Source: an uncultured Bacteroidaceae bacterium (GTDB lineage: Bacteria > Bacteroidota > Bacteroidia > Bacteroidales > Bacteroidaceae). Taken from it: a stretch of 64,000 bases of DNA. Below the pieces are notes generated by a model. The model had not been told where the DNA came from and ran no database searches. It saw only the letters and a program-made list of their open reading frames with translations. The position numbers were made by a program, and so were the translations under genes. Of the stretch, positions 19,269 to 27,375 are shown piece after piece (the first letter of the stretch is position 1; the number at the start of each line of letters is the position of its first letter). Location: the NCBI GenBank assembly GCA_905234555.1, contig CAJOHO010000012.1, forward strand, positions 12,123-76,122, in the 5' to 3' direction.

Positions 19269-20378
19269 ATGAGAATTCTGTTAATGGGCGATTACAGCAA
19301 CGTGCACTGGACACTGGCCGAAGGACTCCGTCGGTTGGGTCAGGAAGTGACGGTGGTAAGCGACGGCGACGGTTGGAAAAACTATCGTCGCGACATCGAC
19401 CTGCGTCGCAAGTCCTTAGGCACGTGGGACACGCTGAAATACCTGTTCAAAACTACTCGTCTCATCTCGCGCCTTCGCGGCTACGACGTGGTGCAACTCA
19501 TCAACCCCATCTTCCTCGACCTTCGTGCCGGTCGCATCCCTCATTTCTACAAACGGCTGCGTCAACACAACGGAAAGATGGTGATGGGTGCTTTCGGAAT
19601 GGATCACTACTGGGTGAAGGCAGGGATGGACTGCCAGACATTCCGCTACTCGGACTTCAACATAGGCGAAAAGCGACGCGATCAGGAACCACAGAACATC
19701 TCTTTCGTTCGCGACTGGCTCAATGGCGAGAAAACTGCCGTCAACCAACAAATCGCAGCGGATGCCGACTGGATTGTCAGCGGACTCTACGAATACGACC
19801 GCAGTTACCGACCCTATTTCGCCGACAAACTCACCTTCATTCCCTTCCCCATCGACATGAGCAGCGTGACATCCGTCGAGCCTTACCGTCAGGGACAGCC
19901 CATCCGTTTCTTCATCGGCATTCAGAAAGGACGGTCAGCCTACAAGGGGACAGACGTGATGCTCAGAGCTTTGGAACGTGTGAAAGCCAAATACCCGTCG
20001 CAGGTAGAGATGGTGAAGGTGGAGTCCGTTCCCTTCGACGAATACCAGCAGCTCATGAACTCCAGCCACGTCATGCTTGACCAGCTCTACAGCTACACAC
20101 CCAGCATGAACTCCCTGCTGGCAATGGCAAAAGGGTTGGTTGTCGTTGGCGGAGGTGAACCCGAGAACTATGAGATCATAGGAGAGACCGAACTGCGGCC
20201 CATCATCAATGTAGTGCCCGACGAGGACGATGTGTATCACAAACTGGAAGACCTTATCCTTCATCCTGAACGCATCCCCGTCCTCTCAGCACAGAGTGTG
20301 GAATACATCCGCCGTCATCACGACCACGTCAAGGTGGCACAGCAATACTTACAGCTCTATCATCAGATTACACTATGA
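19269..20378 (+). CDS. glycosyltransferase (GT4-like)
   Basis: The N-terminus MRILLMGDYSNVHWTLAEGLRRLGQEV resembles a GT-B fold. The gene overlaps uvrA by 4 nt. Confidence 0.5.
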   Translation: MRILLMGDYSNVHWTLAEGLRRLGQEVTVVSDGDGWKNYRRDIDLRRKSLGTWDTLKYLFKTTRLISRLRGYDVVQLINPIFLDLRAGRIPHFYKRLRQHNGKMVMGAFGMDHYWVKAGMDCQTFRYSDFNIGEKRRDQEPQNISFVRDWLNGEKTAVNQQIAADADWIVSGLYEYDRSYRPYFADKLTFIPFPIDMSSVTSVEPYRQGQPIRFFIGIQKGRSAYKGTDVMLRALERVKAKYPSQVEMVKVESVPFDEYQQLMNSSHVMLDQLYSYTPSMNSLLAMAKGLVVVGGGEPENYEIIGETELRPIINVVPDEDDVYHKLEDLILHPERIPVLSAQSVEYIRRHHDHVKVAQQYLQLYHQITL

Positions 20379-23116
20379 GCGATAGCATCAAAATAAAAGG
20401 CGCAAGGGTAAACAACCTGAAGAATATCGACGTGGAAATACCACGCAATCAGTTGGTTGTCATCACAGGCGTCAGCGGAAGCGGCAAGTCCAGCCTTGCC
20501 TTCGACACCCTTTATGCCGAAGGCCAGCGGCGTTATGTGGAAAGTCTCTCCACCTACGCACGTCAGTTCCTCGGACGAATGCACAAGCCGGAATGCGACT
20601 TCATCGAAGGCATTCCGCCTGCCATCGCCATTGAGCAGAAAGTGATTGCTCGCAACCCACGCTCCACCGTCGGAACCTCCACCGAGATCTACGACTACCT
20701 GCGAATGCTCTATGCACGCATCGGGCACACCTTCTCTCCTGTCAGCGGACAGGAAGTGAAGAAACACTCCATCGAGGACGTGGTGCAATGCATGCTTCAG
20801 CAGGAGGAAGGCACACGCCTGATGCTCCTCTCACCCATCGTCATTCCTGAGGGCAGGACACGTGCGGAGCAGATGGATATCTATCAGCGCGAAGGCTATC
20901 AGACCACACCCGACGAGCAGTTCCTCATCATCGACCGACTGGTGGCTCGCCACGAACAGAGCACCATCGACCGACTGATGGACTCCACTCGTACAGCCTT
21001 CTATGAAGGACACGGAGAATGTCAGCTCTTCGACGTCAAAAAAGAACAGCGTTACCATTTCTGCACCCGTTTCACGGCAGACGGCATCACCTTCGAGGAA
21101 CCCACCGACCAGCTCTTCTCCTTCAACTCTCCAGCTGGCGCCTGTCCTGAGTGCGAAGGATTCGGACGTGTGGTTGGTATCGACGAGAATCTGGTGATTC
21201 CCAACTCCGAACTCAGCGTGGCAGAAGGGGCTGTGCTCTGCTGGCGAGGTGAGAAGATGGGCGAATGGAAAAACGAGTTCGTGCGTCGTGCCCGCCATTA
21301 CGATTTTCCTGTCTTCACACCTTATTACCAGCTCACACAGGAGCAGAAAGACCTCCTCTGGCACGGAGACCCCCATCTCGACCCACAGGAAAGCGTATGC
21401 ATCGACGCGTTCTTCGAGATGCTTCGCCAGAACCAATATAAGATTCAATATCGAGTGATGTTGGCTCACTATCGTGGTAAGACCACTTGCCCAGCCTGTC
21501 ACGGAACTCGTCTGCGCAAGGAAGCCTCCTATGTGAAAGTGGGTGGACGCAGCATCACCGAACTGGTGCAGATGCCTGTTTCCGATTTACGCGTCTGGTT
21601 CGACAACCTACAGCTCGATGCCCACGATGCCGAAGTGGCTCATCGGCTGCTTTTGGAGATTCAGAGCCGTCTGCGCTTCCTCTGCGACGTAGGACTCAAC
21701 TACCTCACCCTCAACCGTCTGAGCAATACCCTCTCAGGCGGAGAAAGCCAGCGCATCAACCTCGCCACAAGCCTCGGCAGCAGCCTGGTGGGTTCGCTCT
21801 ACATCCTCGACGAACCCAGCATCGGCCTTCACAGCCGCGACACCCAGCGTCTCATCCATGTGCTTCAGGAACTCAGGGAACTGGGCAACACCGTCGTCGT
21901 CGTAGAGCACGACGAGGAAATCATGAACGCAGCCGACTACATCATCGACATCGGTCCGGATGCAGGCCGTCTCGGCGGCAAAGTCGTTTGGCAAGGCAAC
22001 AAAGCCGACATCCAGAACCTGCTTTCCCAACCATCAAACGACCAACCCTCACACACACTCGACTACCTCACAGGCAAAGAAACCATTCCCGTCCCCACCT
22101 CTCGCCGTCCCTGGAACAACTACATCGAAGTGAAAGGCGCACGCGAGAACAACCTCAAAGGCATCGACGTGAAGTTCCCACTCAACGTCATGACAGTGGT
22201 GACAGGTGTGAGCGGAAGCGGTAAATCCACACTCGTCCGCGACATCCTCTACCGAGCCATGAAGCGCCAGATGGACGAAGTGACCGACCGCCCAGGACAG
22301 TTTCTCAGCCTGAGTGGAGACACCAACCTCGTGAAGCGTGTCGAATTCATCGACCAGAACCCCATCGGCACCTCCTCACGCAGCAATCCTGTCACCTATA
22401 TCGGAGCCTACGACGAAATCCGCAAGCTCATGGCACAGCAGCAACTCTCCAAGCAGATGGGCTACACCCCTGCCTACTTCTCCTTCAACCAGGAAGGCGG
22501 ACGCTGCGAGGAATGTAAGGGCGAAGGAACCGTCACCATCGAGATGCAGTTCATGAACGACCTCGTGCTTGAGTGCGAATCCTGTCACGGACAGCGTTTC
22601 AAGAGCGATATCCTCGATGTCCGCTACGAAGGAATGAACATCTTCGAGATGCTCAACATGACCATCAACCAAGCCGTTGAGTTCTTCACAGATCATCAAC
22701 AGAAGAAAATCGTGCAGAAGATGAAACCCTTGCAGGACGTAGGACTGGGCTACCTGAAACTCGGACAAAGTTCAAGCACGTTGTCTGGAGGAGAGAACCA
22801 GCGTGTGAAGCTCGCCTACTATCTGAGTCAGGAAAAGGCTGTCCCTACCCTATTCATCTTCGACGAACCCACAACCGGTCTCCACTTCCACGACATCAAG
22901 CGCCTGCTCAACGCCTTCCATTCCCTCATCAGCCGAGGACACACCATTCTCATCATCGAGCATAACATGGACGTCATCAAATGTGCCGACCACGTCATCG
23001 ACCTCGGTCCTGAAGGCGGAGCCGAAGGAGGCACCCTCGTCGTCGCCGGAACCCCCGAAGAAGTCTCCCAACACCCCACCTCCTACACCGCCCACTACCT
23101 GAAAGAAAAATTATAA
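20375..23116 (+). CDS. uvrA: excinuclease ABC subunit A (UvrA family)
   Basis: It has two ABC modules (GVSGSGKSSL and GVSGSGKSTL), LSGGE signatures and CxxC zinc modules. Confidence 0.9.
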   Translation: MSDSIKIKGARVNNLKNIDVEIPRNQLVVITGVSGSGKSSLAFDTLYAEGQRRYVESLSTYARQFLGRMHKPECDFIEGIPPAIAIEQKVIARNPRSTVGTSTEIYDYLRMLYARIGHTFSPVSGQEVKKHSIEDVVQCMLQQEEGTRLMLLSPIVIPEGRTRAEQMDIYQREGYQTTPDEQFLIIDRLVARHEQSTIDRLMDSTRTAFYEGHGECQLFDVKKEQRYHFCTRFTADGITFEEPTDQLFSFNSPAGACPECEGFGRVVGIDENLVIPNSELSVAEGAVLCWRGEKMGEWKNEFVRRARHYDFPVFTPYYQLTQEQKDLLWHGDPHLDPQESVCIDAFFEMLRQNQYKIQYRVMLAHYRGKTTCPACHGTRLRKEASYVKVGGRSITELVQMPVSDLRVWFDNLQLDAHDAEVAHRLLLEIQSRLRFLCDVGLNYLTLNRLSNTLSGGESQRINLATSLGSSLVGSLYILDEPSIGLHSRDTQRLIHVLQELRELGNTVVVVEHDEEIMNAADYIIDIGPDAGRLGGKVVWQGNKADIQNLLSQPSNDQPSHTLDYLTGKETIPVPTSRRPWNNYIEVKGARENNLKGIDVKFPLNVMTVVTGVSGSGKSTLVRDILYRAMKRQMDEVTDRPGQFLSLSGDTNLVKRVEFIDQNPIGTSSRSNPVTYIGAYDEIRKLMAQQQLSKQMGYTPAYFSFNQEGGRCEECKGEGTVTIEMQFMNDLVLECESCHGQRFKSDILDVRYEGMNIFEMLNMTINQAVEFFTDHQQKKIVQKMKPLQDVGLGYLKLGQSSSTLSGGENQRVKLAYYLSQEKAVPTLFIFDEPTTGLHFHDIKRLLNAFHSLISRGHTILIIEHNMDVIKCADHVIDLGPEGGAEGGTLVVAGTPEEVSQHPTSYTAHYLKEKL

Positions 23117-23131
23117 ATTAAAAATTATAAA

Positions 23132-23208
23132 GTCGAAATGTCGAAATCCAGAAAAAATCTTAAAAATCGAAAAATAAATCGTAAATCGTCAATCGTCAAA
23201 TCGTAAAT
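23132..23208. repeat. word arrays GTCGAAAT x2 and AAATCGT(C) x4
   Basis: These are the same word families as at 1283-1365. Confidence 0.8.
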
Positions 23209-23215
23209 AATAATA

Positions 23216-25117
23216 ATGACAACCTACCTAGTTTCAGCCCGAAAGTATCGTCCTGTCACCTTCGACAGCGTCGTGGGTCAGAGTTCCCTGACAACCACGC
23301 TGAAGAACTCCATCACGTCAGGACGTTTGGCACATGCCTACCTCTTCTGCGGACCACGCGGAGTAGGTAAGACCACCTGTGCACGCATCTTTGCGAAAAC
23401 CATCAACTGCCTCAATCCCAAGCCCAACGGAGACGCCTGCGAAGAGTGCGAATCCTGCAAGGCCTTTAACGAGCAGCGGTCCTACAACATCCACGAACTC
23501 GATGCAGCCTCCAACAACGGTGTGGACGACATCCGACAGCTCATCGAGCAAGTCAACATCCCGCCACAGATCGGCAAGTACAAAGTCTTCATCGTCGATG
23601 AGGTTCACATGCTTTCCACAGCAGCCTTCAACGCCTTCCTCAAGACACTCGAGGAACCGCCTGCACACGCCATCTTCATCCTCGCCACCACAGAGAAGCA
23701 CAAGCTGCTGCCCACCATCCTCTCCCGTTGTCAGATCTACGATTTCCAGCGGATGACCGTTCAGAACATCGTGGGACACCTCGAGAACGTGGCGAAGCAG
23801 GAAGGCATCACCTACGAACCGGCAGCCCTCAACGTCATCGCACAGAAGGCAGACGGAGGTATGCGCGACGCCCTCTCTATCTTCGACCAGGTGGCAAGCT
23901 TCTGCCAAGGCAACATCACCTATCAGCAGACCATCGCCGACCTCAACGTCCTCGACTATGAATACTACTTCCGACTGGTCGATGACTTCCTGGGCAACAA
24001 GATTCCAGACGTCATGCTCACCCTCAACGACATCCTCAACAAAGGATTCGACGGAAGCCATTTCGTCGGCGGACTTAACACCCACCTGCGCAACCTCCTC
24101 ATCAGTCGCGACGAAGCCACCGTGAAGTTGCTGGAGACCTCCGACGATGTGCGCCAGCGCTACGTGGAGCAGGCAAAACGCTGTCAGCCCCGTTGGCTCT
24201 ATGCAGCCATCCGCAAGTGCACCGACTGCGACCTCAACTACCGCCAGAGCCAGAACAAACGCCTGTTGGTAGAGCTGACCCTCATCGAGATCGCACAGGC
24301 AGCACAACCCGACGACGGTCTGCCTTCTGGGCGTCGCCCTACGAAGAATCTTAAACCCCTCTTTACGGTGGCTGGCACCACTTCCGCCAGTTCCACCCCT
24401 GTGGCTGCCGCTCCCAATGCCAAAACCACAGCAGCTGGCGCTTCCTCTGCCAGCACTTCCCCTGTGGCTGGAGGTTCTCCCTCCAGCACCAATCCTGCGT
24501 CCGGCGCTCCCAATGCCAATCCCACAGCAGCTGGCGGTTTTCCCGCCAGCTCCGCCAAATCCGCCAGCACCAAAGGCTCCTCCCCTGCCCCATCCATGCG
24601 ACAGGGCGTCAGCAGTTTTTCCATTCTCGCAGCAAAGGAAACATTAGGTCTGAAGCCAAACACCTCAGCGCAGGCAGAAACACAAACCGCACAGGCATTA
24701 GGCATTCCGTCATCCGAACTCACCCCCCTCATCGATGAAGGGCAACCCCATCAGTTGGATGCCACATCCGTCATCGTCGCCTGGCGCACCTTTGCTTCGC
24801 GTCTGCCACAGGAAGAAAACGCCCTGGCATCGAGAATGAACAATATGGAACCGCGACTTCAGGCAGACAGCAAGACCGTAGAGGTGACGGCAGATAACTT
24901 AAAGGTGAAGAAGCTGATTGATCAGAATGCAGAACGCATCATGCAACTCATTCGGCTTACGTTCAACAAACCAGAGCTGCAGTTGCAAGTCAATGTAGAT
25001 GAGAGCAGGACCCAGCGGGTCTATCTCAGCCGAGCCGAGAAGTTCCGCCTCATGTGCGATGAAAACGAAGCATTACGGAAACTCACCGAAGAATTCGCTT
25101 TAGGGTTCGGAAATTAA
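23216..25117 (+). CDS. dnaX: DNA polymerase III subunit gamma/tau
   Basis: It has Walker A GPRGVGKTT, a CxxCxxC zinc module and SRC. A long Ala/Ser/Pro low-complexity linker follows. Confidence 0.9.
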   Translation: MTTYLVSARKYRPVTFDSVVGQSSLTTTLKNSITSGRLAHAYLFCGPRGVGKTTCARIFAKTINCLNPKPNGDACEECESCKAFNEQRSYNIHELDAASNNGVDDIRQLIEQVNIPPQIGKYKVFIVDEVHMLSTAAFNAFLKTLEEPPAHAIFILATTEKHKLLPTILSRCQIYDFQRMTVQNIVGHLENVAKQEGITYEPAALNVIAQKADGGMRDALSIFDQVASFCQGNITYQQTIADLNVLDYEYYFRLVDDFLGNKIPDVMLTLNDILNKGFDGSHFVGGLNTHLRNLLISRDEATVKLLETSDDVRQRYVEQAKRCQPRWLYAAIRKCTDCDLNYRQSQNKRLLVELTLIEIAQAAQPDDGLPSGRRPTKNLKPLFTVAGTTSASSTPVAAAPNAKTTAAGASSASTSPVAGGSPSSTNPASGAPNANPTAAGGFPASSAKSASTKGSSPAPSMRQGVSSFSILAAKETLGLKPNTSAQAETQTAQALGIPSSELTPLIDEGQPHQLDATSVIVAWRTFASRLPQEENALASRMNNMEPRLQADSKTVEVTADNLKVKKLIDQNAERIMQLIRLTFNKPELQLQVNVDESRTQRVYLSRAEKFRLMCDENEALRKLTEEFALGFGN

Positions 25118-25120
25118 ACA

Positions 25121-25157
25121 AGAAAAGGAGTAAGTCTTGAGGACCTACTCCTTTTTG
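25121..25157. terminator. bidirectional terminator between dnaX and tRNA-Thr
   Basis: The stem AGGAGTA/TACTCCT is flanked by an A-run and a T-run. Confidence 0.7.
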
Positions 25158-25160
25158 TTG

Positions 25161-25233
<73 letters not shown>

Positions 25234-25248
25234 CTTTACTTCGTAAAG

Positions 25249-25366
25249 TCCAGATTGTTGTCGCGACTCGGCAATGTTTAAGCAAGCTTTACATTGCGCT
25301 CGCTGCTCCAACAATTCGGCTTTAAATGTTAATTGAATCCAGATTGTTGTTTTATCCAGATTGTTG
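25249..25366 (-). repeat. three copies of the 12-mer TCCAGATTGTTG in the tRNA-Thr upstream region
   Basis: The copies lie at 25249-25260, 25338-25349 and 25355-25366. A partial inverted copy, CAACAAT, lies near 25309. Confidence 0.85.
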
Positions 25367-25447
25367 CTTTCCTGATTACTTGCGTAATGCAGTTTCAATG
25401 CTGCGTTTGGAATGCTGTTTTCTGGGTTTCATTTCTGAAATCGGGTG

Positions 25448-25455
25448 CAAAGGTA
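25448..25455 (-). promoter_or_regulatory. -7 box TACCTTTG (only candidate promoter for tRNA-Thr)
   Basis: It lies about 215 nt upstream of the mature tRNA 5' end. Confidence 0.4.
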
Positions 25456-25496
25456 CGAATTTTTGCGGAATAATTGCATAATTCAGCAATCTTTTT

Positions 25497-25504
25497 TATA
25501 TTTG
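25497..25504 (+). promoter_or_regulatory. -7 box TATATTTG (pyrK-pyrD)
   Basis: It lies 24 nt upstream of ATG 25528. Confidence 0.5.
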
Positions 25505-25527
25505 CATGAATTTTTTTGGCAATAATC

Positions 25528-26301
25528 ATGAAAAAAGAGATAAAAGATTTGAAAGTAGCGGCAAACGAACGGTTTTCGGAGTCGCTGTTCTGTCTGAAGC
25601 TGACTTGCGAAGAGGCTCTGCCGGAAATGCGCCCTGGGCAGTTCGTGGAGGTGCGTGTGGACGGCTCGGAAAAGGTTTTCCTGCGTCGCCCCATCTCCAT
25701 CCATTTTGTGGACCGGCAGAGGAACGAACTCTGGCTGCTGATTCAGATGGTGGGCGAAGGAACTCGTCAGCTCTCGCAACTTCGACCAGGCGACACGGTG
25801 AACGTGCTGATGCCGTTGGGCAACGGTTTCAGTCCTGTCGGCAAGGAAGGTGAACGGGTGCTGCTGGTAGGCGGCGGCGTGGGTATCGCTCCGTTGCTCG
25901 AATACGGAAAGTATCTGAAGGAGAATGGTGCGCAGCCTGTCTTCCTGCTGGGTGCGAAGAGCGAGAATGGCTTTGTGGAGTTGCCGCTCTTTGAGCAATA
26001 TGGTCCTGTATATCTGACGACGGAGGACGGAAGCCGAGGCGAACGGGGATTTGTGACGCAACACAGCATCCTCAGCCGTGAACAGTTCGACCGCATAAGC
26101 GTGTGCGGACCTGGTCCGATGATGAAGGCTGTCGGGCGTTTTGCCCTCAAAGGCAACATACCTTGCGAGGTGTCGTTGGAGAACCGCATGGCTTGCGGAC
26201 TGGGTGCCTGCCTTTGCTGCGTGGAACAAACGGTAAGAGGCAACGTCTGCGTGTGTCAGGAAGGGCCTGTATTTGACATCAATGATCTAAGCCCCCTCTA
26301 A
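25528..26301 (+). CDS. pyrK: dihydroorotate dehydrogenase electron-transfer subunit
   Basis: It has an FAD/NAD-binding fold (RRPISI, GGGVGIAP) and a C-terminal 2Fe-2S Cys cluster (CGLGACLCC...C). The start is ATG 25528. Confidence 0.85.
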   Translation: MKKEIKDLKVAANERFSESLFCLKLTCEEALPEMRPGQFVEVRVDGSEKVFLRRPISIHFVDRQRNELWLLIQMVGEGTRQLSQLRPGDTVNVLMPLGNGFSPVGKEGERVLLVGGGVGIAPLLEYGKYLKENGAQPVFLLGAKSENGFVELPLFEQYGPVYLTTEDGSRGERGFVTQHSILSREQFDRISVCGPGPMMKAVGRFALKGNIPCEVSLENRMACGLGACLCCVEQTVRGNVCVCQEGPVFDINDLSPL

Positions 26302-26366
26302 TCAATGGTCTTTACACCCCCTTCGGTTCCCCCGTTAATCGGGGGACAGAAACCCCCAAGGGGGAG
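26290..26366 (+). repeat. GC-rich element, short form (block A plus block B)
   Basis: Block A at 26290-26325 is identical to 33908-33943 (36/36). Block B at 26338-26366 is identical to 34032-34060 (29/29). Confidence 0.9.
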
Positions 26367-26370
26367 GATT

Positions 26371-26404
26371 GAAAGCCTCCGCCAACCCCTCCGAAAGAGG
26401 GGGA
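26371..26404 (-). repeat. CCCTC-loop-GAGGG hairpin element (reverse orientation)
   Basis: Its reverse complement, CCCCCTCTTTCGGAGGGGTTGGCGGAGGCTTTC, aligns with 4815-4850 and 51732-51770. Confidence 0.8.
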
Positions 26405-26437
26405 TTTTGAATGTTGAACGATTTTTTATAATACAGA

Positions 26438-27346
26438 ATGGCTAATCTAAGAACAAATATAGCAGGATTGGAGCTGAAGAATCCTGTAATGACGGCCTCG
26501 GGTACGTTCGGTTACGGAACGGAGTATGCCGATCTGATTGACCTGGCTGACCTGGGAGGCATCATCGTGAAGGGTACGACGCTTCATCCGCGTGAGGGAA
26601 ATGCTTACCCTCGCATGGCAGAAACAGCACAAGGAATGCTGAACTGCGTAGGTCTTCAGAACAAGGGTGTGGATTATTTCTGCAAACACATCTACCCTGT
26701 TATCAAGGACTACGACACGAACATCATCGTGAATGTGTCGGGTTCGAGCATCGAGGACTACGTGGAATGTGCACGAAGAATTGATGAGCTGGAACAGATT
26801 CCTGCTATCGAACTGAATATCTCCTGCCCTAACGTGAAGCAAGGCGGAATGGCATTCGGAGTGACGACACAAGGCGCAGCAAGCGTGGTGAAAGCTGTAA
26901 GAGAAGTGTATCATAAGCCTCTGATTGTGAAGCTTTCGCCTAACGTTACTAACATCAGCGATATAGCTCTCGCAGCTGAAGATTCGGGAGCCGACGCTCT
27001 CTCGCTCATCAACACGCTCATGGGAATGGCAATTGATATTGAGCGACGTTGTCCGAAGCTTTCCATCTGTACCGGCGGACTGAGCGGACCAGCTGTCAAG
27101 CCTGTGGCAGTACGTTGTGTGTGGCAGGTGGCAAAGGCTGTGAAGGTGCCGGTTATCGGTCTGGGAGGCATTTCGTCTGTGGAGGACGCCATCGAGTTCT
27201 TCATGGCTGGCGCAAGTGCCATTCAGATAGGAACAGCAAACTTCATCGACCCGACGATTAGCGTGAAAGTGGCGAAAGGTATCGGCAAATGGCTGGATGA
27301 TCACAAATACAAAGACATCAACGAGATCGTGGGTGCCGTGATTTGA
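26438..27346 (+). CDS. pyrD: dihydroorotate dehydrogenase catalytic subunit (class 1B)
   Basis: Conserved stretches are [23 protein letters not shown] and GGISS. Confidence 0.9.
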   Translation: MANLRTNIAGLELKNPVMTASGTFGYGTEYADLIDLADLGGIIVKGTTLHPREGNAYPRMAETAQGMLNCVGLQNKGVDYFCKHIYPVIKDYDTNIIVNVSGSSIEDYVECARRIDELEQIPAIELNISCPNVKQGGMAFGVTTQGAASVVKAVREVYHKPLIVKLSPNVTNISDIALAAEDSGADALSLINTLMGMAIDIERRCPKLSICTGGLSGPAVKPVAVRCVWQVAKAVKVPVIGLGGISSVEDAIEFFMAGASAIQIGTANFIDPTISVKVAKGIGKWLDDHKYKDINEIVGAVI

Positions 27347-27375
27347 TTGATTACGAGAATTAAGAAAAAACAGAT

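Noticed and set aside
23216-25117. A programmed -1 frameshift site in dnaX
   Set aside because: I found no A-AAA-AAG-type slippery heptamer with a downstream hairpin by eye, so I cannot support it.
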